A DNA stretch of 64,000 nucleotides from Anthoceros angustus (taxonomy: Eukaryota; Plantae; Anthocerotophyta). Made by a program: the position numbers and the translations under genes. The notes beneath the pieces were generated by a model that was not told where the DNA came from, ran no database searches, and saw only the letters and a program-made list of their open reading frames with translations. Shown here piece after piece: positions 1-10,953 of this stretch (the first letter of the stretch is position 1; each line of letters starts with the position of its first letter). The DNA lies in NCBI GenBank assembly GCA_010909165.1, contig VJWM01000192.1, positions 124,001 to 188,000 of the forward strand, read 5' to 3'.

Positions 1-52
1 TGCCATACATTGTCTGTTGCTACACTCATCTTCCGACAGCGGTCCCTGAAGG

Positions 53-3000
53 ATGGCCACAGTATGGCAACCGGACCCGTTGTGGACCCAACAAATTGGT
101 GTGGGTACAGGGATTCTACCAGGAGCTCCCGCTCACCTCATCGTAGGGAGTCAACCCCTGGCAAACAAAGCCTCCAGGTGCAGCAGTGCAAGGAGCCCAG
201 CACTTCCACTTCCGAGACAATGTGAGGGTCGGGACTGGTTTTCCAGCGATGGTCGTTGCCAGGAGCAGGAGCACTTGTGGCAACAATTTTTCCTGGACCC
301 TACCATGTGGTGGGACAAAAGACGAGATAAGAAGAGCTCCCGTTCGCCTGATTTCCAGCGGAAGGGGTCCGGCGAGGTGCTGTGGTTAAACAACATGTTC
401 AAGCCAGCTTGGGTTGATGAGCAGCTCGTTTCCTTGGATATGCAGATGGGCCATGGTGCCTCTCCTTCCAAGTCAGCTCTCCGGATAAGCCTGAACCTGG
501 CAGGCATGCAGGATCGGAAATGGGCGTCGTAACGCCTGGAACCGTGAGCATGTTGTGTCAGCAGGGGAAGCTTTCTGAGGCCGTTGGAGCCCTGGAATCT
601 CTGGCGGGCACAGACTCGGTTGTTTCTCAGTCTCTGTTTTACACTGTTCTAAAACTGTGTACAGCTAAGAAGGATTTGGTTGTGGGGCGACGAGTTCATG
701 ATCTCACTGCCAAATTTGGGTACGAGTCATGCATACTTGAGGAATCATATCTTGCGCATGTATGCATGTGGAGGTAGGCTGCAGGAGGCCATGGATGTGT
801 TCACCAGGGTGGGGAAACCAAATGTCTTCATGTGGTTCTCCATTATCTCTGCACATTCTAAGCACGGGAAACCTGATGAGGCCATACAACTGTACCATGA
901 GATGCGTAGGTCAGGAGTGAAGGCGGATGCTCACGTCTTTGTAGCTGCCCTTCAAGCTTGTGCATTTGCCGACTTGGAATCTGGCAGAAAAGTGCACTGT
1001 GATGTGTGCACAGTGGCATTCCTACTAACTTGTTTGTTGGCAACTGCCTGGTGGACATGTATGCAAAATGTGGAACTGAAAGATGCACGCCAGGTTTTTG
1101 ACAGCATGGCCACAAGGATGTGGTGACATGGACGCCCTGATTGCTGGGTATGCACAGCAAGGGCTCGACATGAGGCACTTGTTGTGTATGGACAAATGGA
1201 GCAGGAGGGCTGCTTTTGGCTAACCATGTTACTTTTGTTTGCCTTCTGAAGGCCTGTGCAAGCACTGGTGCCTTACAGAAGGGCAGGCAGCTGCACTCAC
1301 AGATTGTCGAAAGAGGACTGCTGGATGATGTGGGCACCTGCCTGGTGGACATGTATGCAAAATGTGGTGAACTGGAAGATGCACGCCAGGTTTTTGACAG
1401 CATGGCCACAAAGGATGTGGTGACATGGACAGCGCTGATCGCTGGGTATGCACAGCAAGGACGCGGCCAAGAGGCGCTTGTTGTGTATGGACAAATGGAG
1501 CAGGAGGGCCTGCTTTTGGCTAACCATGTTACTTTTGCTTGCCTTCTGAAGGCCTGTGCAAGCACTGGTGCCTTACAGAAGGGCAGGCAGCTGCACTCAC
1601 AGATTGTCGAAAGAGGACTGCTGGATGACGTAGTGGTGGGCACCTGCCTGGTGGACATGTATGCAAAATGTGGTGAACTGGAAGATGCACGCCAGGTTTT
1701 TGACAGCATGGCCACAAAGGATGTGGTGACATGGAATGCCCTGATTGCTGGGTATGCACAGCAAGGGCTCGGCCAAGAGGCGCTTGTTGTGTATGGACAA
1801 ATGGAGCAGGAGGGGCTGATTTCAGCTAACCATGTCACTTTTGCTTGCCTTTTGAAGGCCTGTGCAAGCACTGGTGCCTTACAGAAAGGCAGGCAGCTGC
1901 ACTCACAGATTGTTGAAAGAGGACTGCTGGATGACATAGTGGTGGGCAGCTGCCTGGTGGACATGTATACAAAATGTGGTGAACTGGAAGATGCACGCCA
2001 GGTTTTTGACACCATGGCCACAAAGGATGTGGTGACATGGACAGCGCTGATGGCTGGGTATGCACAGCAAGGATTCGGCCAAGAGGCGCTTGTGGTGTAT
2101 GGACAAATGGAGGAGGGCCTCATTTTGGCTGACCATGTTACTTTTGCTTGCCTTCTGAAGGCCTGTGCAAGCACTGGTGCCTTACAGAAGGGCAGGCAGC
2201 TGCACTCACAGATTGTGAAAGAGGACTGCTGGATGACGTAGTGGTGGGCAACTGCCTGGTGGACATGTATGCAAAATGTGGTGAACTGGAAGATGCACGC
2301 CAGGTTTTTGACAGCTTGGCACAAAGGATGTGGTGACATGCCCTGATTGCTGGGTATGCACAGCATCGGCCAAGAGGCGCTTGTTGTGGACAAATGGAGG
2401 AGGCGGCCTCATTTTGGCTGACCATGTTACTTTTGCTTGCCTTCTGAAGGCCTGTGCAAGCACTGGTGCCTTACAGAAGGGCAGGCAGCTGCACTCAGAT
2501 TGTGAGGACTGCTGGATAACGTAGTGTTGGGCAACTGCCTGGTGGACATGTATGCAAAATGTGGTGAACTGGAAGATGCACGCCAGGTTTTTGACAGCTT
2601 AACAGGATGTGGTGACATGGAATGCCCTGATATCTGGGTATGGTGCTTGTGATGAAGGTCACAAGGCACTAGCTTGTTTTGAGGAGATGTTAGTTGCTGG
2701 GTATTCAGCCTGATGATGCGACCTTTACTAGCCTTCTAGCAGCATGCAGTCATGAGGGACTGGTCCACGAGGGTCGCAAGCACTTTGCTTCCATGGCTGA
2801 ACAGCATGGCATCAAACCTACCGTTGAGCATCATACCTGCATGATTGATCTTCTTGGGCGTGCTGGCGATTTAGATGAGGCAGAGAAGATGCTATTATCA
2901 TATGAGGGGCAAAGTAATGTTGTGGGCTTGACGTCGTTGTTGAATGCCTGCAAACGTCATGGGGATATAGAGAGAGCGATGTGGTGTTTTGAAAGCATTG

Positions 3001-3524
3001 TTAGGCTGGACCCTCAAAGGGCGTCTGCGTATGTGCTCATGGCCAATGCCTACGCAGATGCAGGTAGGTGGACCGATGTAGACAGGATTGAAACTCAGAG
3101 AAGGGCAGCAGGGGCTAACAAGAAACCTGCAGTGGCAACCATTGAGGTGAACAAGGAGGTACATAGATTCCTGGTGGGAGAAAGGAGAGAGGATATTGCG
3201 CGTCAGGTAGAGAGCACAAACGCACGTCTGAAGCAGGAAGGAGGCCACGTGCCTCACACGAAGTTGGTGTTGAAGCCACTGTCTGAGAAGGAAAAGGAAG
3301 ATGCGCTCTGTGGGCATGCTGAGAAGCTGGCTCTGGCGTTTGGTCTCTTGAATACTCCGAGTGGGGCACCTCTGGTAGTAACGAAGAATCTACGCATGTG
3401 CAGTGACTGCCACAGTTCCACGGAGATCATGTCAAGGCTTGAGCAGAGAGAGATTGTTGTAAGGGATGGGTACCGTGTGCATCGATTCGCAGCTGGTTGT
3501 TGCAGTTGTAAGGGTCGACCGTGA
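53..3524 (+). CDS. PLS-class PPR protein with N-terminal OSB-type PDF motif and C-terminal E/DYW:KP domain ending in GRP (putative U-to-C organellar RNA editing factor); reading frame broken by multiple indels
   Basis: Successive frames 53..532, 520..777, 680..1126, 1216..2241 and 2694..3524 give PDF motif, P/L/S repeats (VVTWTALIAGYAQQG, HVTFACLLKAC, GTCLVDMYAKCG), E motifs, then KKPAVATIEV...CGHAEKLA...CSDCH...CSCKGRP*. Frameshifts near 500, 730, 970-1210 and 2220-2690 are either uncorrected assembly errors or pseudogenisation. Confidence 0.88.
275..439 (+). other. PDF motif (OSB-type organellar ssDNA-binding module) coding segment
   Basis: LWQQFFLDPTMWWDKRRDKKSSRSPDFQRKGSGEVLWLNNMFKPAWVDEQL matches the OSB PDF-motif pattern LWxxFFxxPxxWWDNRxxKxxxxxPDFKHKxTGEALWL...PxWV, recognised by eye. 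Confidence 0.85.
1040..2640 (+). repeat. About 5 near-identical 306-bp PLS-triplet tandem units inside the PPR gene
   Basis: gctaaccatg recurs at 1519 and 1825 (period 306 nt = 102 aa); long stretches are identical between units. Confidence 0.9.
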
Positions 3525-4174
3525 GAACAATGAAGAAGTAGGCAGTGCTCAGTGGGGTGACTGTGCTTGCTTAGCGCCATTCCTGTCCAAACTGAGACAT
3601 GGGCATGGGTGGCTAACACTGATCCTGGCACCTCTCATCGTAACAGAAGGAATCAGAATCGAGCGGCGCAGGGGGACGCGCGGCGTCTTCCTCGTCTATA
3701 CTCGTTTGCGATCTGGCTGGGTCACGGAGATCAGGGGTGCGGGCTGGAACTTGGCTCAGATCCTGTGGCTGCACTTGCCGGATTCAGCTTGTAGCAAGAT
3801 GAGAGCGGATTTGCCAGTTCTCGCAGCTTCTCATTTTGTGGCTGTGGAAGCACAGCTGCTAACTTGAAGGGCTCCGGGACACGATGATCGAAGCTGGTTC
3901 GGCATCTCCAGTTCATTCTGTGTGGGGGTGGATCAAGGGTGGTCGTGCTTGCTACCGGATGCGCATGGCGTCTCCACCACTCCGCTTCATGTGTGTAAGT
4001 ATATGGGCCACAAACATAATTTAGAATAACTTAAAAAGTTAAAAAAATATGAATCTTTCCAAAAAATTTAGATGTCATTGGCGGAGATATCACCTAAGCT
4101 CTTTCCGCCAAGAAAACGATTATTACAGCTCAAAATAACTTGGAAAGAAGAAAAGCAAGGTCCACTATTGTTCG

Positions 4175-4546
4175 ACCCACTCGAGCTTGGTTCCACCTCA
4201 ACAAGAGAACAAGTTTCTAGACCCACTCCAGCTTGCCTCCACCTCAACAAGAGAACATGTTCCTAGACCCACTCCAGCTTGCCTCCACCTCAACAAGAGA
4301 ACAAGAGTTCCTAGACCCACTCCAGCTTGCCTCCACCTCAACAGAGAACAAGAGTTCCTAGACCCACTCCAGCTTGCCTCCACCTCAACAGAGAACAAGT
4401 TCCTAGACCCACTCCAGCTTGCCTCCACCTCAACAAGAGAACAAGAGTTCCTAGACCCACTCCAGCTTGCCTCCACCTCAACAAGAGAACAAGTTCCTAG
4501 ACCCACTCCAGCTTGCCTTCACCTCAACAAGAGAACAAGTTCCTAG
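4175..4546. repeat. Minisatellite, ~46-bp unit x ~8
   Basis: Unit acccactccagcttgcctccacctcaacaagagaacaagttcctag, head-to-tail with 1-2 nt indels and no spacers. Confidence 0.95.
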
Positions 4547-6166
4547 TTTCTGGCCTGACCTTGAAGCTAGGCCTTTGGAATTGCATCGGCTTCTTTTTTT
4601 ACCGTGATGAGGTTCTGCTTGGGCTTGGTCCAACCTCTAGCCGTTCTCTCACGACCTGTAGTTATAGGGCCCTCTCGGCGACTTTGGGACCCACTTGGCT
4701 CATTGTCGAATAGGTGGGCAGCGCATTGCTATGCATGACACAATCCAAGATGTTATGAACTCTTGCCAGAAAGAGCGAACTCTTTCCTTTCAGGGAGTGC
4801 CTTATGTATTTCGCCTAACAATGTTTCTCTCAGGGCTGACCTAGTTTTGGTCTGGGAGGACTGAGTCTTTGTCGCAAATATGGTTGTAACAGACCCTACT
4901 TCGAATACCGTCTACGAGTAAATCATCATCAACGCTTTAGGTTGGGCGGCACGAGGGATGCGCCACAGCCAAGGTTCACGAGGACACCCCCGTGCAGGAG
5001 GACCATGCTTTCATTCCCCTTGCAATTAAGACTCACAGGGCCATGGGCAAGGATTTCTCGAGATTTATCAAGGCTTGTACTAAAGCCTACCACATCTGCA
5101 AGAATGAGGTAGATCTCCCTCTTTCCTATAAATGCGGCTAGTTTAGAGTAAAGAGAATTCGTCAACAATTCTAAATTGCCTGACTTTGATTGCCTATTCA
5201 CCTAGCAATTGCACCATAAGTTCATATAGTTGGACAAGTGAGTTGTTGGGCCATGTATTTGTACATATAGTTGTATGCATGCCTCTACCGGTGCGTTGCT
5301 CCTAACTCTAATCAAGCCCTTTGTTCTAGTAGACGTTTGCATCTCCTTGGTGTTTCTACATAGTAAACCCTAAGCCCTATGACCCCTAATATGGCTTTCT
5401 AGAGATACACTTCCTCCACCACTCCTCTCTACAGTTAGTTGATCGCATCGATTCAAATAAATGTCATAGCACTTGAAGCTCTCGTACCCTCCTCACCCTG
5501 GTGGAAGAACTTGGATCTCATTAATTTTCTTGTGGATCTCATTAATTTTCTTGATTCTTTCGTGCTCAGCTATGTGCCTCAACTTCGAGGGGATACCATA
5601 TGAAGAGGAATGTTTTCATTGTTTTTGGGCCCACATGTATAGCGAATAAGAGCCCTGTTGCTTTCTAGATTTGCTTTTTCTTTTTTGTTCACGTGTCTTG
5701 AGGAAAACTTAACTGAAACATTTGAAATAAAAATATTTAAAATTTTTTTTAATGTAATTAAGAAGAATATTATAATTAAATTATAAAATTATCATACCTG
5801 AGACTTCAAGGAATAATGTTCTATAGATTCCATCATCACCACATGGACTAAACCAAATTGAAAGCAAAAAGTACCATGCAGGCTAAGATAAGTCTAACTC
5901 ATTTTTTGTCCATGTTTTGCATATAAGTCACACTTTGATATTTTATCAACATCCTAAAATTGATGTTACTCAAACCCTAGAGTTCTCATACCAATGCTCA
6001 ATCAAAATTGTGATAAGTAGTATTTAAAATAATAACTTTGACCGAAGACTTGATAAATCAACAATATTTTGTAGAAAAGAAACATTGACACTTTTGAGTT
6101 TCACATTTTCATATTTTCAAATTGCTAATAAATTTATGATTCTTGTGGCTCTCCTTTCAAGTTTTA

Positions 6167-6670
6167 ATGAGCAGAAATCTCTGTTGAAAATGCTCGTAAT
6201 GTTACTTTTGATGCTTCCAAATATAGCGCAAACTAGAATAGTTATGGCAAGGACGATTTTTAAGAGTTGGTTCACAAGATTATCAACAAACAGGACCCTA
6301 TTAAATGTTTGTCAATTCTGAATATGATACGGTTATTTTGCGGAGAACCAATGGTGGGGAAGTGCAAAAAGTGATTTGGAAAGGTGGAAGCAAAAGAAAT
6401 ACAAGAGATTCTTGTGCGATTCTGAAGATGGAACCAATTGGAAGCCTTGTACTCTATGGAGGATTGAAAGTAAAGCGATAATTTGGTTTATCAACTCTTT
6501 GGGCCGTTCGAATTTAGTTTCAGGCTCGTTTCTTCTAAAATTAGACGAGTCTAGAAATTTTAGAATGGGAGTCCCATGGGAGTCTTCAAATCTTGTTTTC
6601 AAATCCAAAAATGCCATTGATTATTTTCATTTGGTCTAATACCAATTATTGTCATCTACGTCGAAACTTT
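6167..6670 (+). pseudogene. Degenerate copy of the bulb-type lectin gene
   Basis: Paralogous to 7974..8471 (LKMLVMLLLMLPNIAQTR, VQKVIWKGGS, LKMEPIGSLVLYGG, LGRSNLVSG), with a deletion after the signal peptide, a TAA at YxM and frameshifts. Confidence 0.8.
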
Positions 6671-7973
6671 GAAATCGTCTTGATTCTATTATATTGATGT
6701 AGATATGAAAAAACAATGTGGAAGAAAAAAGAATATTTCTACATATTGCTATAAAGCTGCTATAGCTTGCATAATGTGTATGATGTTGTGTATCAGACTT
6801 AATATTAAAAATATTGGAGTACATATTGCTTTCTGGTCTGTGAGTGAGTTTTAGTGTGCTTGAGAGCGGGTGGTAATCATTGAGCTCCACTCCCAATGTT
6901 AGGATTGGAGCTCAATGGTTCTTTATTTGGCTTTTGGGTAGGAATATCATTAGAAACAATTCAATGTTACATACTTTTGATTTTTATAAATCATTCAAAT
7001 GTTATGATATGAAATAAAATTTTACATGTTGTGGCGGTTCACATGAGGGAACCTTACATGCGTTGTGATAGTGGTGTCTAATCTAGTGGGCTTTTTTGGA
7101 TAATCTGATTTTGTGAAGAAGGGTATTTTCTACGTAGATGTTTGCAGTTGCTTGGTGCTTCTACGTATTAAACCCTAAACCCTGTGACTGCTAATATGGC
7201 CTCTTAGAGGATACACTTCCTCCACCACTCCTCCCTACAATCAGTCGATCGTATCGATTCAAATAAACGTCATAGCTTTTGAAGCCTTCTTGTACCCTTG
7301 TGACTTGACAAAAGAACTTGGATCTCATGTTAACTTTTCTGATTCCTTCGTGCCTGCTACATTCCTCAACTTCGAGGCCATACCATATGAAGAGGAATGT
7401 TTTCATTGTTTTTAGACCCAAATGTATAGCAAATAAGAGCCTTGTTGCTTTCTGGATTCGTTTTTTTTTAAGTTCACGTGTCTTGAGGAAAACTTAATCA
7501 AAAAAATTAAAATATAAATATTTTTTGAACTTCTAATACACTTTTTAGAAATCAATTATTATTTAATAATTATAAATTTATCAGACATGAGACTTCAAGG
7601 AATAATTTTTAATAGATTCCATTACCACCACATGGACTATACCAAATTGAAATAAAAAGTATCATGTAGGATAAGTCTATAACAAAATGTAGCTCATTTA
7701 TTTCGTCTATGTTTTATATATAAGTCGCTCATTTAATATATTATCAACATCCTAAAGTTTATGCTAACCAAACTCTAGAATTCTCTTCTGGATCCTCAAT
7801 TAAAATTGTGATATGAAGTATTTAATATAATAACTTTGACCGAAGTCTTTGATATAACTTTGATCAAATCCACAATATTTTGTGAAAACAATTGACACTT
7901 TTAAGTTTCACATTTTCATGTTTTCAGATTGCTTATAATTTGTGATTCTAGTGGCTCTCCTTTTCAGTTTTTA

Positions 7974-8471
7974 ATGAGCACAAATATGTTGAAAATGTTC
8001 ACAATGTTAATTTTGATGCTTCCAGATATGGCGCAAACTAGAAAAGTTTTAATAGAGAGTAAGAACTTTTTATGGCAAGGACGATTTTTAAAAGTCGGTT
8101 CAGAAGATTATCTACAAACAGGAGCATATAAAATGTTTGTCAATTTTGAATGTGAGATGGTTATTTTGCATAAAACTAATGATAGGGAAGTCCAAAAAGT
8201 GATTTGGAAAGGTGGAAGCGGAAGAAAATATCCAATAGGTTCTTGTGCATTTCTTAAGATGGAACCAACTGGAAGCCTTGTACTCTATGGAGGATTTGAA
8301 AGTAAAGAGATAATTTGGTCAATCAACCCTTTGGGCCGTTCTAATTTAGTTTCAGGCTGGTTTCTTCTACAATTATATGAGGATGGGAGTCTTCAAATCT
8401 TGTTTTCAAATCTCAGAACCCAATTAGTTACTTCCATTTGGTCTAATATCAATTTTTGTTGTCTACTTTGA
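7974..8471 (+). CDS. Secreted bulb-type (GNA/B-lectin) domain protein with degenerate mannose-binding motifs
   Basis: Hydrophobic N-terminus, then three beta-prism-like subdomains (YKMFVNFECEMVIL..VIW; CAFLKMEPTGSLVLY..IIWS; FLLQLYEDGSLQIL..IWS) aligning with the GNA MQxDxNLVxY..W pattern. Confidence 0.7.
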   Translation: MSTNMLKMFTMLILMLPDMAQTRKVLIESKNFLWQGRFLKVGSEDYLQTGAYKMFVNFECEMVILHKTNDREVQKVIWKGGSGRKYPIGSCAFLKMEPTGSLVLYGGFESKEIIWSINPLGRSNLVSGWFLLQLYEDGSLQILFSNLRTQLVTSIWSNINFCCLL

Positions 8472-8689
8472 AATTACCGTAGTTATAATATATTGATGAA
8501 GAGATAAAAATAAAATAAAGTGTGGAAGGAAAAAAACTATTTCTACAAGTTACTATTAAATTGCTATACCTTGCATAATGTGTATCATGTTGTGTATCGG
8601 GCTTAATATAAAAAGTATTGGAGTACATATTGCTCTAGTGTGCTTGAGAGTATATAATAACCCTTGCATTGTTCGAAGTGGAGCTCAAT

Positions 8690-8966
8690 GGTTCGTTATC
8701 AATGTGTGGTGGAGACTTTACGTAAAAAAAGATGGGATAGCTACCCCGGATGGGATATCTACCCCGAGACAAAGGTCGAACAACCCTCACGAGTGCACAA
8801 TGCCAAGGGGGACTAGCACCCCCAATCGTTCATCTTGCTCCAAGAATTTCGTGATCCGGGATATGAAAAGGCCTACCTACCACCTATGCTGAAGATGCCA
8901 CATCCCTTGCGCTTGCCGCCGTTCTGTACATTGCGTTCGCCAACGCCTTCTGTAGGGTTCGTTATC
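8690..8966. mobile_element. 255-bp insertion (8701-8955) flanked by an 11-bp direct repeat (putative TSD)
   Basis: ggttcgttatc at 8690-8700 and 8956-8966. The paralogous site near 6917 (ggttctttatttggcttttgggt) is empty. Confidence 0.75.
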
Positions 8967-9569
8967 TAGCTTTCGGGTTCTAGAGCAAGCATGGTCGTCT
9001 TGCGTATCGTAGAATATCATTAGTACATACTTTTGATTTTGATAAATCATTCAAATGTTACGATATGATAAGAAATAAAATTTTACATGCTATGGCAGTT
9101 CACGTGAGGGAACCTGACATTCGCCGTGTGACAGGGATGTCCAATGGAGTGGGCTTTTTTTGGATCATTTGATTTTTTGAAGAAGGGTATTTTCTTATAT
9201 ATATGGTGATGGACATGTGTGTGTGTATTAGTGTGGAAGGGTCCGATTTTTAAGACTAGGACTGTGTAGGTGGTACACGAGGGTGCATGTGCTCGAATAT
9301 TTTGTAGTTATGACTTCTGCCTTATTTTATTCCAGTCTACGAGATCTTGGAGGAATGTTTTGAGGGTAATCCATGTCCCCTTTGGCCTGAGGCCCTTTAG
9401 TGGTTTTCCCACTCCCTCGGTGCATACGGGACTTCCCATGTCAGCATATATAAAATCTCCGCATTGCCGGCTTTAACATGTAATGGTCCCGAGTTTCGGA
9501 GTTGTGTTGAGTTTTGTCTTGGGGGTTTTTCCCTCCCTTGTTGTCGAACATCTAGATGTCACCCAAGTC

Positions 9570-10150
9570 GGCTCTCGGGATCTGCTCTGAAGTAAGTTCC
9601 TGGATGGGGTCCCGCTCTTGCCCTGCGGTATCCCACCAACAGCGGCAAACCAGACACCCAAACCATCGAGCTCAACTGTGCGAAATTTCTGCACCATACA
9701 CAGCCAGTGTCCGAAGCTGTTACCCTAAGTTGCCTCTGCAGCAAAGCGCCTCCAGCATAGATGACATCCAGGCTGGATTCCAGCAATAGAGACCTACGAA
9801 ATCAACACCGATGGTACTGATTATAGCTATCCAGGTAGGAGTCGTTCTGCACAACACCACCGCTCAGTAAGAAAAAGTGATCCATGGTTTGGTTCTGGAC
9901 AAGCAGAAGAAACGCCACCTTCACCTGATGCGGTCATGCGAGCTTCCCGTGTTTCCAGTGAAGTCAGCCTGTTTATCATCTGTCAAGCACATACCACCTA
10001 TAACCTAAACCGCCAATACCTAGCTAGACCTTCTCCCCTACCGGTTTCCGGGCACATGTCCCACGCATCGAGCCACGACATACAGCAAAACGAAGCAACA
10101 GACACGACTTCCCACTCCCGAGTCCCCAGTCACCAGCAGCAGGAAGCTGC
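9570..10150 (-). pseudogene. RABD: Intron-containing RabD/Rab1 small GTPase pseudogene fragment
   Basis: Minus-strand exons: FLLLVTGDSGVG/KSCLLLRFA|gt (ends 10084, -1 frameshift); ag|NDSYLDSY/ISTIGVDF|gt (9846-9798, +1); ag|KFRTVELDG (from 9688); WDTAGQER (9635-9612). KTIKLQI and the C-terminal half are absent. Confidence 0.88.
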
Positions 10151-10953
10151 AGGTGCCTGAAGGGTAGACACTGCACAGAGCTGGAACGGCGTAAGCACAA
10201 GGGGAAAACAAATATGGCATCACGCGCAGGACACTCCAAGCAGATCTGAACAGAGCACGCGCTCAAATGGCAGCGGTCATAGATGGCACCCGAGAAATTC
10301 CCCAAACCGCTTCAAATTTCACGAGAGGCAGGGCTGTTGGCTTTGCCATCACGATGGCCTTTCATGCCCTATTTCTCTGGTATTTGAAGTGGATGAACCC
10401 TTAAGAAGCATGGAAAGAACGGTAAACAAGGGAGACGCCCGAGCAGAAGCAGATACGGTGATTGCAGTGCTCAGCCATTGAGGAAGCGTAAGATCGTGTC
10501 CGCTCTCATACGATGAATCGTCTCATAGATGATCTTTGTTACATGGCTGCCTGATCCCTATGTAAGGTCCTTGGGGATCTTCAGAATTGCATGGAATGCA
10601 AATACCCGATCAAATTCATCAAAGAAATGTAATAAATACCCGATCGAATTCACTCGAAAAAAACAGTGTACAGCACCAGCTGAATACACATGTACGTACA
10701 TATGTAGGTACTATATGAGTCGTGCCAAGGAAGAAGGAAGCGCGGTCGTTCGACCTAAGTGCCAATTACGCTTCTTTCGCGGACTTCTGTGTCGGGGTGG
10801 ATCCGTTCATCCAGCTCAAAGCAAGCAGGTTTGCCAGAGCGGAGCGGAAATTGGAATGATGGAGTGGTGGATGATGGAAGGGGGTGAGGGCAGGGTGGCT
10901 AGGTAAGGGCAGGGTGGCTAGGTGCAGCAGATTGTGAAGGGGGTTGGGGAGCA

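Larger units (their letters stand above)
5330..9196 (+). repeat. Diverged AT-rich tandem segmental duplication (~5330-7131 and ~7136-9196)
   Basis: Collinear matches such as gatacacttcctccaccactcc, ccatatgaagaggaatgttttcattgttttt, ttcacgtgtcttgaggaaaacttaa and gaagaagggtattttct occur in both copies. Confidence 0.92.

Noticed and set aside
858-2393. 511-aa minus-strand ORF and other antisense ORFs over PPR genes
   Set aside because: Antisense shadows of GC-rich repetitive PPR coding sequence; a stop-free unit is simply repeated.
4175-4546. Possible CRISPR array
   Set aside because: Units are contiguous with no unique spacers, there are no cas genes, and the context is eukaryotic.
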